From Azolla caroliniana (taxonomy: Eukaryota; Plantae; Polypodiophyta), in NCBI GenBank assembly GCA_043228905.1, contig JBHGNT010000001.1:7812001-7876000 (forward strand): 64,000 bases of DNA, written 5' to 3'. The translations under genes and the position numbers were made by a program. Below the pieces are notes generated by a model. That model searched no databases. It was not told the origin of the DNA and saw only the letters and a list, made by a program, of their open reading frames with translations. Positions 1 through 12,366 of this stretch are shown here, piece by piece. Within the stretch, counting starts at the first letter, position 1. Each line of letters opens with the position of its first letter.

Positions 1-699
1 TGACACATGGCAAGTACAAGCGGTGGCTCGAAGACCTATAGTACAAGTATAAATTGGAGGAGTAGCTCACCTCCTTTGGGAGAGGGGATAAATTGCCAAA
101 ATGTTGTTGAGATGTAGATGGTGTGGCAAGGCTCTTGCTAATAATAGTGTTTTGGTAATTTGCGTCCATGGTTAACCCATTTATTTCCTTAATTATAATG
201 TTTATATGCTTAATCATTACTTACTTCTATACATATTTAACAATAGCGTAGGTTGGAAAAGGGAAATTTTCATATCCAAACCCATCCAATGCATGTTGAC
301 CGCCCCTCTTGACATAAAAATGTATCGGGTATCATTGAAACATTGCAAGGTTCTAACTAATGTCATTTTGCCCACGTCCTTGATAAGTTGCCAACCTCAA
401 TTTCCACCTTTTTGAGTATTACAAACACTCAAAATGATGCCATCTTTTGTAAAATCCAAGTTATCAGCATGACTCTATAACCTATTGTTGGCACTCAAGT
501 GCGAATCCAATCTAATTCATAATCAGTGCTAAGAATTATGGCGTGGAAAATAATGCAATGGAGATAATAACACCTCAAACCTAACCAAAGCACATGAAAA
601 CTTAGGTCATTGTTCGACTTTGTGTGCATGAGAAGGGGGAAACTCATTGCAAAAAAAAAGATTCATAACGCAAGCAATGTTTGAGGACATGGATGTCTA

Positions 700-1150
700 T
701 GTTCAATGTGGGAACAATGTCATTTGTAATGACTCATGGGACAATGTGTGGGTATTAGCCTTTAGGTATGGTTCTTGTTTTCTTTTCCCATATGAGAATT
801 TTGAGAGGGAGGCCAAAATAGTTGACAGTTGGAAATACTGATATGAGATAAATGGAGTACCTTTTTAGCTAGCTTTAAGGGCAGAAAATGTTTATGCAAA
901 CATGAGTATTCAAAATGCATACCTATAGTGTTGGGTAGGGTAAGCACACTTTTCAAACATGTGGAGACCACATAAACCAAACCTCCACCAATGAAAAAGA
1001 AAGTAACCAAACAAAGCAAGAAGTTTTATACCCTTTGCTTGGCAATTATAGGCAGGAATCCCCTCTCTCACTGTTTTACCATGGGCCACCATACATTGAC
1101 CATTCTGCCACACTTTGTGGGTAGTGCCTTAATCGGCATAATGACCCCAT
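700..1150 (-). pseudogene. Possible very degenerate LINE ORF2 (zf-RVT region) remnant
   Basis: Minus-strand patches such as KTSCFVWLL resemble the K-I-x-x-F-x-W-L-L motif of the two clearer LINE remnants. Many stops and frameshifts; weak support. Confidence 0.3.
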
Positions 1151-2149
1151 GAGGTTCGAAGTTCCAACATTGGAAATGCTTACTACCTTTTTAGCCAATT
1201 TATATGAGATTTTTCCTACAATGATTAGTGTAAGGAAATTAAGATATATATAATTTTATTAACTAGTTTCTAAGCACTAATCATAAATTAATCACCTATC
1301 CATTATTCTTCCTCTCTACTACATGAATATAGTTATCCAACTCACAAGAGAGACTTACTCCCCCATTAGTGAATTTTTATTTGTATCGAAAATTGCACCA
1401 CGTGATGCTTAACCATGAAACCACAACACGATTAGTGCCAAGTGGTATGCATGTGCTTGGCATTACTCCTACTCTCAAATTATTGCAAGGTTATATTCAT
1501 GAATTATAAGTTCCAAGCTAAGCACTCGACATGAAGCTCCGAAGCCTCCCTTGCCCTTACATCTATCACATGTGAAGAAGATTCCAAACTAGGAATATTT
1601 TATGGCACAATCTTATAACCGCATGACACATTCATGCCTAGATTCACAATGTTCACACATAGATGAGCACCAAAAGAGTAGAGATATACGGATTTTGATT
1701 TATCGAAGTAATAAAATCACAATGCTTATCAACATGAGATGCATTTCAAGATACTCATGAGTCCTAACAATCCCCTTTACTTAACAAACATTTATTCACC
1801 TTGAAAGAATAACAAACATTCTTGTTGTAGTCAACCCCAATATCCTCTTATAGAGTCGAGTAACTATTGTTCTTTTTCCTAGAATAATCCATGTTCCCAA
1901 TATTGTGTTGTTTGTATGAGGGTTAGTACATCCTAGGATGAATTAATTGTATTTTTTCCAAACCTATAGAGAAACAACATATTTCAATGGAATATATGAA
2001 TGCTCTTCATTAACTAGCATTATTTTTATTCGAGAGATCGTCGAGGAAGTTAATATTTCCTTAAAGTTGAAGGATGACATTATAGATAGACCATTAACAC
2101 CATGATTTTGCCCTTAAAATTTTCAAGAGTTAGAGTATCACAATTTGAT

Positions 2150-2824
2150 AAAATGCGCATTTAATTACATTCCAACTTGCTTTTCACATATAGCCAACTT
2201 GGTTTACCAACTATACACGTTCCTCCCACGATCTCATTGTGCACTCTTGATTGTAATGTTTTTCATTACCAAAATCCCTAAACATCAAGAGTCACAACTC
2301 AATCTTGCACATATGTACTACATTAAGTGTCACACTTCTTCTCGTATAGGTCATATTTGACCTCCAAAGATGAAAATAAAATCTCTCCCTCCCTCCCTCC
2401 CTCCCTCTCTCTAACACACGCACAATACCTGGAAATAAATATTGAATAATACAATAATAAAAATTTGAATCTCTCGTCCACCCTCCCAATTCCCTCTCTT
2501 GAATATCCTTTTCATGACACTTTGTCAATGTTTTCCTAATTCCATTTCCACAACAATATAGAATGGAGAAACACTCAAATACCAAAGTAATATATTGAAC
2601 TAGCATAAGTTGATTAAACATATTCATCAACAAGTATTCATAATCAAAATGATGTCATCATTAAAGACTCTCCATACCTCATCACTTCAAATAGAGCCAC
2701 TATATTTTATCTTACATCTAGAGAAATAAGAAAATGCTCTTGAATTGGATGAATTTATACCCTAGCAAGATGCTTTGCCTTTATTGTGCACCAAGAGATA
2801 ATCAAGAAGCATGTGCACGTTCAG

Positions 2825-2922
<98 letters not shown>

Positions 2923-3350
2923 TGCAAGGTTGCAACATTTTCTTCAAATTTGGGGAAGTTCTTGCTCTTTGACATGCAAGGTTGTGGCACTTATAGTTTT
3001 CACCGCTTTGGGTTTTCCTCACTTATACGTTTTTTTGTCAATTGCATAACATAGAGTTAGCACATCATTTGCAACTTATGACTTCCTACATATTTAATTT
3101 CTAGTAATATGGTCTTCTATACTAGGGGATAGATAGATTATATTATCGACTTCGAAGGTCAAATATGACCTATGAGACCAAAAATATTACATTTCACATG
3201 ATACGTGTGAAGGTGAGTAGTGACTCTCGATGTTCAAGAACTTTACCAATGAATGTTGCAATCGAGAGTGCACATCATGGTTGTGAGAGAAATTCGTGCA
3301 AGGATTAGGCTCGATCGAAGAGATGTGGAAAGCATGGTCGAATATGATCA
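2150..3350. repeat. Diverged inverted repeat pair (~2150-2370 vs ~3140-3350), MITE-like or two opposed copies of a dispersed repeat
   Basis: ataggtcatatttgacctcc (~2346) vs gaaggtcaaatatgacctat (~3154). The stretch tgtgcactcttgattg...aacatcaagagtcacaactca matches the reverse complement of ~3215-3275. Confidence 0.65.
2827..2918. repeat. Compound microsatellite (GT)27(GA)19
   Basis: Directly visible. Confidence 0.98.
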
Positions 3351-3351
3351 A

Positions 3352-3353
<2 letters not shown>

Positions 3354-3426
<73 letters not shown>
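3354..3426. repeat. (GA)n microsatellite with one phase slip
   Basis: Directly visible. Confidence 0.97.
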
Positions 3427-6400
3427 ATATAACCAATGACTTTACATATCTCTAAGAGGCATTCAAAGTTACATTTGAAACATTACAATGCATTTATTTA
3501 GGTATATAGCGACGTCCCAATCACTACTCCTTTATACAATCAAAATGCCTCTTGATCAATGAAAACAAGCAACCTTTCTATCATTATTTATTGTTTACAA
3601 TATGATTCCCTTTTGTAACATGTATACACTTTCCCTTTAATAGGGAACATTAAAGGCATATTTATCCTAAGATTTGGAGGAAGTATATAAAAGGTTAGTT
3701 TGCATGCATTTATGTACCTACATTTGTGATTGATGATAACTATCACACAATTATCATTTAAGAACTATTATCACATGTACCAATATGCTAACAAGAATGT
3801 AATCCTTTAATGCCATGCCATACCATACCAAGAGCTATATATAATAGAATCGTCCCTTGACTTAATAATCTAACAACCTTTTTGCCTTTGCTAATGCATT
3901 AACTCCCTTATATTTAGATTAATGCAAATGTGATATGATTTTATTGGAGTATCTCAACGACGTGTAACTTTACGACTATATGTATATATATATGTCTTTG
4001 CCTAAAATTTTGAAAGCACTCTAACACATTGATTTTCCATGTGACAACATATGTATAGAGAGTTTCATTGCGAGGTTGAAAAAGATTTACAAGGATTTGA
4101 TATGCTTATGTGATGTATGAAGATTGTCATTATTTTATTCAAGTATGACCTATTGGACCTAAAGTTACATGAACTGTTCAAATATGTATTGGTATAAATG
4201 ATCGTAGAGAGAGCTTCAACACCTAATGTTACATACCCACCTTATTGCACTCAAAACAAAAATGGCTGAATGATAAGGCAATTCCATGATATCCTAAATA
4301 GAGCAAGACGATGCAAAATCAACAAATTATTGGACTGTACAGGAAATTGTACCAAAGTTTTTTAGAGTCAATATAAATGATACAACTAGGATATCTATAA
4401 ATGTGAATATGCCAAACATTCATGCATTACAACCTTTTTTTGTTTTTCCAAAAACATGCATTACAACCTTTATTTGGTTCGTGATAAGTTGGAATGATGT
4501 CAAATGGGGAATCTTGGAATGATCTATAAATAAAAGAATGCAAAATCAACACACTATTATAAACCTAGGCAATTTGTGGAGTTAACCCTTACTTAAATTG
4601 GACAGTAATAAAAGTGCACCAACATAAGAAAAATACAAAAAAATATGTTATTATATGAAGTGTTGGAATTCCGATTATTCATGCTTCCATGTCTTCAAAT
4701 TCTAGTTACATGTATGAACTCTCATCATAGAAAAAAATGTGCATAACATGAAATTAAAATGCTTGTAGCTTCGTATAACACCTAGAGCATAAATATCTCT
4801 AGCATCAATAAATTATCATAACCGATATATCAGATGTAATTTGTTCCAAAAAAATATATGATTGAGAGTTCATGTTTGTATGGTTAGCAACATGCTTAAT
4901 GTTTCTATTGCAAATTACAAGGTTGACTATCTACCAAAGGTAATACCAGACACTTTTGGGTAGAGTACAATGCCAAATTTGTATAACAAAGTATTATGAC
5001 TCAAGCTAGTTAGTTGTAAAGTTTTCCTCCTCAATTTAGTTGTCAATGTAACCGTGTGTCTCATTTGAAAACAATATTGCCACTATTTGTCTAGGAATGT
5101 CGTCTTAGACTACTTACAAAGATGTCACGAGCTACGTGAACTTGTTGGGGCCATATAAATAAAAAGGTATTACATGTGACCTTGAATTTAGAACAGACCA
5201 AATAGATGCTAATTTCTGATGTTTATTATATATATACAAATTACAATATGTCAACCAAGTTGATTGTTCAGTGAGCAATACCGTGAGTAGATAATGATGA
5301 TGTCGATAGTATTAAATATAAGAGACAAAATAATGCTCGAAAAATAATAACATGACATAAAAAGCAAGATAAGATGGTAATGATAATAATAATAATATAA
5401 AATAAATATGTTTCTCATCGAAAAGTGTATATAAGTGAAGGTTCATTTGTAGCAATTAAGAATAGGAGGAGGAGGAAGAAAGACAGAAAGAAACAATGGC
5501 AACCTCTACTGTTGCAAGGAATATGGTGAGCATAAATTATACTTTGTTTCTACAAGAGAGAGAGAGAGCGATTTTGTTAGTGTTCATAGGTCCAATATGA
5601 CTTATTAGATGATAGTTTAGTGAATGATATGATGCTCAACATTTTACGTAATAAACATTGTGAGAGAAATAAAGAGATCATCCTTGCAACATTTCTTTGT
5701 AACTCTTATAGAACATAGGACTCTTTCGCTTCATTTTTATTTTAATAGAAAGTTAGCGGTGATCTTGTTAAGGCTACTTCTATCTGGTAGCTTTTATTAC
5801 AACCAAGGGGCATTTTGTCACTTCCATAGAAAACTTGGGCATATATTTTTGAGGTGATTTGACAAAAATCAGGGGCATTATGGCAGGTGAAGTGTTGTGT
5901 TTTGGTAAATTTTATAGAAATTTTAAGGATATTTTGTAAATACCCAAGTTCCATTTTTTGGGGATAGGGAGATATTTTCATTAAATGTTTATTTAAACCT
6001 AGAGGTATTTGAATAATTTGATAGAAATTAGGGTTATTATGGAATACCCAAAATTTTAGGGTGTTATTTCCATTTTTTATGTTTGGATTGATCAATTATG
6101 ATTCAAACGAGCTTTCTCTTGAAATGCTTTCAACAACAACATTGGAATGTCGTGTTTTGGTGTGTGACACTCTTTTTTGTTTATAAAGAAGAGCATGTAT
6201 TGTCGAAGGAATACTTGTTGTGAAGTTATTCACTTCTACTAGAGGGCATATTCTCATTGGCTCTATTTTTAATAGCACAAGAATAAAGTAATAACAATTT
6301 GTCTATTACTCATAGTTTTCTTTAAAATTGTATTGAAGCCATGACACCATCAAGATGGTATTGGAAGAGCCTTTGGTGAATGTATGTGTGCTTGTGGTAG

Positions 6401-7917
6401 TAAAATAAATGTGATGTCGTTATATTATATACTCACGACTTGATGAAACTTTGATGCAGGGAGCATATATACATGGCTTTAATAAAAGATTGAAAATAAG
6501 TGTGTGTGTGTCTACTCAAGCATCGCCACGATGTGCTTATAGCAATCAATCAAAAAACCATTTAACTTCCGAAAAAGATGGTGGCAGGAATATTCATATA
6601 GCACAAATATCAGTTAATAAGAATGTCGAAAGTAAGATTAAAGACTTACCCACTTCGTCCTTGCAAAAGGAGACTAGTACTCAAGACTTCTTTTATACAA
6701 AGGCAAAGGAGATAGAGGATAGGCTTTCTCAAGGAGAGAAATCACAAGGTCAAGTTGGAAATTAGGTCTCATGATAGGAGACTCTTGAACACAGAGAGGA
6801 AGTTGGTTATTAGGTTATTTACCCCAATACATGTCTCCAAAGACACCTATATGGATGAGGCGTGTGGTCATCTAAGATGTAAATGTTGTAGTCCAATGAG
6901 GAGTATATGGCATATATATTATATAAAGGAAAATGGATGAATGAAATGTATTAATAGATATAAAAATATATTTTCTGACAATGTCATGTAATTGGATGTG
7001 TGCTCCCATGGGGAAACATATACTTTGCTAGTTTGGAAACAAATCTCTCATGCATACTAAAGTAATAACACCTTCGGAGAATTTGCATTTGTTGTATGTC
7101 TGATTTTCAAATAATCAATCCATAATGTCAATATTGATTTATGGAGATGGTTCAAAATCTCGACAATGGAGGATAGTTATAGTCCTTTGTTTTAGATTAA
7201 AACTTAATACTTATGAAGACAAATAAATAGCTCATTATCATAAAGTGTGTGGATGATGAAGTGTTAGACACCGAGTTTCTTCCTCAAAGTTTTACAAGAT
7301 AAGCCGACTCTTAAATAATCAATATGCAAGACATTCGATCTTATTGTTTTAACTTCTTCGATCTTAAATACATATTTATAAACCTTTTAAGATTCTTCTT
7401 CACATTTAATAAACTTGAGACCCAAAGCTTAAGCCTCTCTTCATATCGTAAACCTCTCATTTGTTCCAAGTCTAATGTTTTAACTTTTATCTCACCTTAA
7501 AGGCCCAAATCAGTGGATCTTAATCTTAAGTGTTTGGGCTGGTGGTTGTGGCCCTTGAAGATTGTTTCTTGTCCCTCAATCAAGTGCTTTGTTGCTTTCT
7601 TTCTCAATTTATTGTATTAATTGCTTTACCATCTATCTTAAGTGATTAAGCTTATTAGATTTGGTCTTTGTTACAAAAAGATACGCCTTGTTGTTATAAA
7701 ATCATAAAAACATACAAAAGTTGTGTTGGATAAACAAATATACCAACCAATTCCCTTGTACTCACATTCCTGGCTGATTTGATGTGTATATACAATAAAT
7801 ACACATATTTGTTATACCATATCTCCAAGATTATTGTGGTCTACTCCCAATTTGCAAATGAACGTGCAATGTAGCCTATACCACTAACATATGTAGCAAT
7901 AGAAGCTATAAACAAAG

Positions 7918-8857
7918 TTAGTAGACATTGTTTCCCAAAATGACGGGAACAATATACATCCATATTATGCGATCACCATCTTCCCTAAAAATAAGCATTG
8001 AATCCCATAACCTTTCAAAATGCATTTGTTTTCTGAAAATAACATCAACATTGCTTGCAAAACTTTCGTATTGACCATGTAATGTATGAATAAGCAACAA
8101 CTAGAATTCAACAATTATAACAGAAGCATTATGAGTGACATTATAAAAAAACGGATGTGCATCGCGCCTTCCAAATCACCCACATTAGAATAGATGAAGT
8201 TGTTTTCCAAATAATATCATCCCTAATTTGCAACCTGCCAAACAAAAAAGGCAGAACCATTTGTACATGAGGAGGAACTATGTGAAAGGCTTCCACTATA
8301 TCCTACTTTTCATACAACAACAAATGTCCCTCTAGAATGCCCCACCTAACAACACATCAACCGATCACACAATTAACATGTATCAATACCAAACGCCTTA
8401 AAACTCTCTTCTATACTTGCGTAATTTTAGGACAAGATTACAATACATGCTTAATTGATTCCGTTCTACAATCACGACCAAATCCACACGACTTACAATG
8501 TATTTACCGTAACCAGGCCCGAATCAGTAATGCATAATGCATCAATAACCAACGAAACAATGCAATCTTTTTGGGAATCTGCATACTCCATAACCACTTC
8601 CAATATTTTGATGCATCCATTAAAGAGACCCCATTTGCTAGCCACACTTTCATAGCAGAAGGCATACACAATTTCTTACATAAGAACAACTTCCATCCCA
8701 ACTTCATAGAATATTGAAAAAACTGAATACACTTAGTTTGAGACAAAGAATGTAGATGTTTCCAAAGATAATTTGATCTTGACATCTTAAGTGCATGATT
8801 AAGTGTTAGACTTAGTTTGCTTGCTCGTTTACTAGCAAGGAAAATCAAGGGTATCAT
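7918..8857 (-). pseudogene. L1-type LINE ORF2 C-terminal remnant (zf-RVT)
   Basis: YWKWLWSMQIPKKIALFRWLLMHYAL, then CKSCG...ESIKHVL*SCP...V*KR, then IWKTTSSILMWVIWKARC. Interrupted by stops and frameshifts. Confidence 0.85.
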
Positions 8858-9009
8858 GTTTTAGTACGAGAGTATTTGAAGATTACATTTCTATCAACAA
8901 AGATTATGATTGTGAATGTTATATACCACCGTGATTCAAACTTTTATGCTTATTTTAATAGATATGAACTTTTAATAAATCTAGAAGTGGGATTACTTCG
9001 AATCCAGTG

Positions 9010-9500
9010 GAGATATTATTTTCTTGCCGACATGATTGCCTGTAGAAGACCTTTTAAAAACGACTCAAAACAATACTTCATGCAATGTGATGATATGCAA
9101 CCTAGTGGGCAATGTTTACTTCAAAGTTCCATAGTATGCACCATACGTGCATTCACATTCGAGTATGTTTCAATCATTCAAGTATAGTGAACATACTCGA
9201 AGTACATATGGTAAATACCATACTTTTGTATTCATTATTTATTATAAGGTAAAACTTTTTTTAAGGTACGAAAGTTAAGGTAAAAATTGTAAAAAAAAAC
9301 CATAAATATGTTTTCATAACATACGCATTCGTTTGCAAATGTATGAAAAAGAACATTTGCAATGCATTTGAGTATGTTATGTATTATGCAAGTTCAAACC
9401 CCATGATGAGGTTATTCTCTTGGTGGCATGATTGCCTCTAGAAGATATTTCAAACATGATTCAAAACCATATTCCATGCAACATGATGATATGCAACCTA
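9010..9500 (+). repeat. Diverged ~95-bp direct repeat (~9010-9103 and ~9405-9500)
   Basis: catgattgcctgtagaagac...gatgatatgcaaccta vs catgattgcctctagaagat...gatgatatgcaaccta. Confidence 0.75.
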
Positions 9501-9828
9501 TATTTGGTTGGACTTGTATTTTTAAAGCATCCTCGAAAACCCAAATATAAGAGATTTTCATAAAACCACATGATAATAGCTTGTTGTATGGAAAATAAAG
9601 ACCTTACATAACATTGTAGAAAGATGACGTAAATTTGTTACGACAAAAATACTAGTAAGGCAATGCCACATAATATTATTGAAGGGTGATTTTTCTACAC
9701 ATGTTATGGCTTATTCATCGATCAACATCATGTACTAGTTAAATGGTCCATTTCTTCTATTCTTCATTCCTTTTCCAGCATCAATGCATTCACTTGACAT
9801 AACATCTTCAATAAAAGTCTCAGGCTAA

Positions 9829-10481
9829 TCACCCATCGGGTTGTTCCAACCGGAGAGTGGCTGGGGAAAAGGCGTGGCATGAGTAATTGCAAGGCCTGTG
9901 GAGTGAGTTTGGAGGACATCGCCCATTGTTTATGGAGTTGCCCACGAGCCCAAGAAGTTTGGATGAGGAGCTTAAGAATTCTAGCTTGATGCGGGGTTGA
10001 AGTTCAAGTATCAAGTGCAATAGTTGTTTGGTTAGCTACTGAATCAACTGCATGGTTTCATGGGTGAAATGGAAATAGCCCTTCTTTAAAGGTGGTGAAT
10101 GGAACAGTTCAACCTGCAGCTCAAGGAGATTCATTCTACATATAGGGACGATATGTAGATGTTTGGTTTTTAGTGGTTGGCCTTATTGTTTGGCAAGTGT
10201 GGGTATTTAGGTGCAAGGAGTCGTTTACCGGGAAGCGAACCCCATCGACTGAGAGTTTAATGATGATTTGGTTTAATCTGATTTCTACACTACAAGGAAA
10301 ATTTGACAGCCTTAAGGGGCCCTGTGATGCGAGTGAAGAAGCTAGATACCGCTTCCTTCTTAAATGGAGAGGTTCTCCGATGTTACAAATGGTGGATGAC
10401 AGTGCAAAGTGGATTTATCTGCCACTCCGATGGTTGTTTCCTCCTAGGGTACCAAACATAGAGGTAGGTGCTGAATTGTGA
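9829..10481 (+). pseudogene. L1-type LINE ORF2 C-terminal remnant (zf-RVT), 5'-truncated
   Basis: HRVVPTGEWL...CKACGVSLEDIAHCLWSCPRAQEVW and LIVWQVWVFRC. Its tail LISTLQGKFDS is homologous to LIHTLHGQYES in the 7918-8857 copy. Confidence 0.88.
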
Positions 10482-10574
10482 AGAGATTGGAGGGTGTCTT
10501 TGCTGAATGTGGGTTGTGTGAGGCTCATGTTGAGGGGAGTCTGTCGAGTAATTTCGTGACGAGGCTTTGTTGCT

Positions 10575-11478
10575 TGCTCAAAAAATCCGCCACTGCGTGT
10601 TGCGTCCCTGGCCGGTGATGAATTACAAACTCGAATTCCTGGAGCAGCAGCATCCACCGCGCCAATTTCCCTGTCAGGGCTTGTTTCTCTACCAAATACA
10701 ATAATGCCGAATGATCCACGTGGAACGTGAATTTCCGTCCTAGTAAATAATGTCGGAATTTATTGATGTTATAGATCATCCCTAGCGCCTCCCGCTCTGT
10801 TGTGGAATAGTTACGCTCTACTGCTGACAATTTACGACTTGCGTAGTATACTAGCTTGTACCAGTTTGGTTCGGTGAGTTGCATTAGCGCGCTTCCTATT
10901 GCTATGTTCAAGGCGTCAACGAACACGTGAAATGGCTTCGCCCAAACTGGAGGTTGTACTACGGGGGCTTGTGTGAGCATTATCTTAAGTGCCTCATAGG
11001 CCTTACCCTCTGTTGCAGTCCATTGGAAAGGAGTCCGATGTACGGCAGCGTGTAGTGGCGTGGCGAAGTCCGCCAAATACCGTATCATCCGACTATGCCA
11101 CCGTATTTGGCCCAGAAACCGGCTAAGTGCTTTGGCATTTGTCAGAGTTTTAGCTTGCGTAATAGCGGAGATCTTGTTTGGGTCGACCACTATTCCTTCC
11201 TTGCTGACTATGTGGCCTAGGAGAGTCCCGTTGGTCACGCCGATGGCACATTTCGTGGGATTCAGGGTTAAGCGTGCGGTGCGGCAACATTCCAGGTAGA
11301 GACGTAAGTGCCAGAAATGGTCTTTTGTTCGCCCATATACCACAAAATCGTCCAAAAAGACTTGCATGAACGCCGGAATGTATTCCCCAAAGATCTCCGT
11401 AATCGTTCGTTGGAATGTTGCCGGTGCTGTCTTTAGCCCGAACACCATGACGACCGCCACATATACTCCCTAGTCCGT
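10575..11478 (-). pseudogene. X pol: RT C-terminal half and RNase H
   Basis: MVFGLKTAPATFQR...VFLDDFVV...YYASRKL...EREAL...ADFLS. Joins 18859 in frame once A and one CCGT are removed (EKTAFVTD*GVY). Confidence 0.92.
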
Positions 11479-12366
11479 TGTCGGGGTAGTTGTGGTTCGT
11501 GCGGCGAAGTCGCGGGGACTAAGGTCAAGGGGGAGTTGAAGGAACTTTTATAAGGCTTGCGCACAAATGTTAGGAAGATGAAGGATAAAAAGAATAAGAG
11601 TTTAAAGTAATGTGTGTGAGAGAGAGACAAGTATAGATAAAGGATAGAGACAATGTATGATTCAAGAAAGAAGATTGAGACAAAGTATGATTCAAAGAAC
11701 AAGAGTATATGATATAAACATGATGTATATTAACAATATAATATTTTACCAACTTTACAATCCTCGATCGCAAACTGAACACATTCTCTATCGACCCTTG
11801 ATTTGAACCCACGACCTCAACTTCGAAACGAGAGGTTCTCCACCCAATGAGCTAGTCTTCTTTAGTTGATTGTATTATTTTCTCACCCTCTCTTGATTCC
11901 TTCCCTTCTTGTTTTCCTTGCCCCTCTTTTCATAAGTGTTGCCATGCATATGGTAATGTATGGGAGCATGGCATGCATGCAATGCATGAGTTACATGTAA
12001 TGCATGATCGCCATTTGGCACACATGCATTGCATATGATGAATGATGGCTATGTATGAAAATAGATATGGAATAAATATAATGATGAAAATGCATTCTAA
12101 AATAACTAACCTAGCTTAGTTGTGTATGCTTGGTGCTTGATATACAAGGTTGAGGGTTCAAGTCCCTCAATTTTACTTAATACAATATATAGCTTCATTC
12201 TTATATCATGAAGCACATTTATTACACACTTTTATAAATAAATAGCCTAGCCTAGTGGTATGTACATTGTACATCGTTTATAAGGATGTGGGTTCAAGTC
12301 TCTCAAATATTATTAAATACAACATTTAAGCTCATTTTTATATCGTGAAGCACATTCTTCACGACA
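11479..12366 (-). repeat. A 3' LTR (888 bp)
   Basis: TGTCGTGAAG...CCCCGACA on the minus strand; direct repeat of 17968-18854. Confidence 0.96.
12112..12300 (+). promoter_or_regulatory. Two tandem tRNA-like A-box/B-box modules in A LTR U3 (a third is on the minus strand at ~11791-11856)
   Basis: TAGCTTAGTTG...TTGAGGG-TTCAAGT-CCCTCAA-TTTT; TAGCCTAGTGG...GGTTCAAGTC; minus-strand TAGCTCATTGG...GGTTCAAATC. Confidence 0.55.

Noticed and set aside
2734-3054. ORFs with CVCVCV/ERERER or HTHT/SLSL runs
   Set aside because: They are translations of the (GT)n(GA)n microsatellite.
3430-7900. Short ORFs (e.g. 5742-6095, 6451-6765) as host exons
   Set aside because: No recognisable domains or gene structure. 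Small exons cannot be excluded without transcript data.
11791-12310. Real tRNA genes in the A LTR
   Set aside because: No convincing acceptor stem or 7-nt anticodon loop; kept only as tRNA-like promoter modules.
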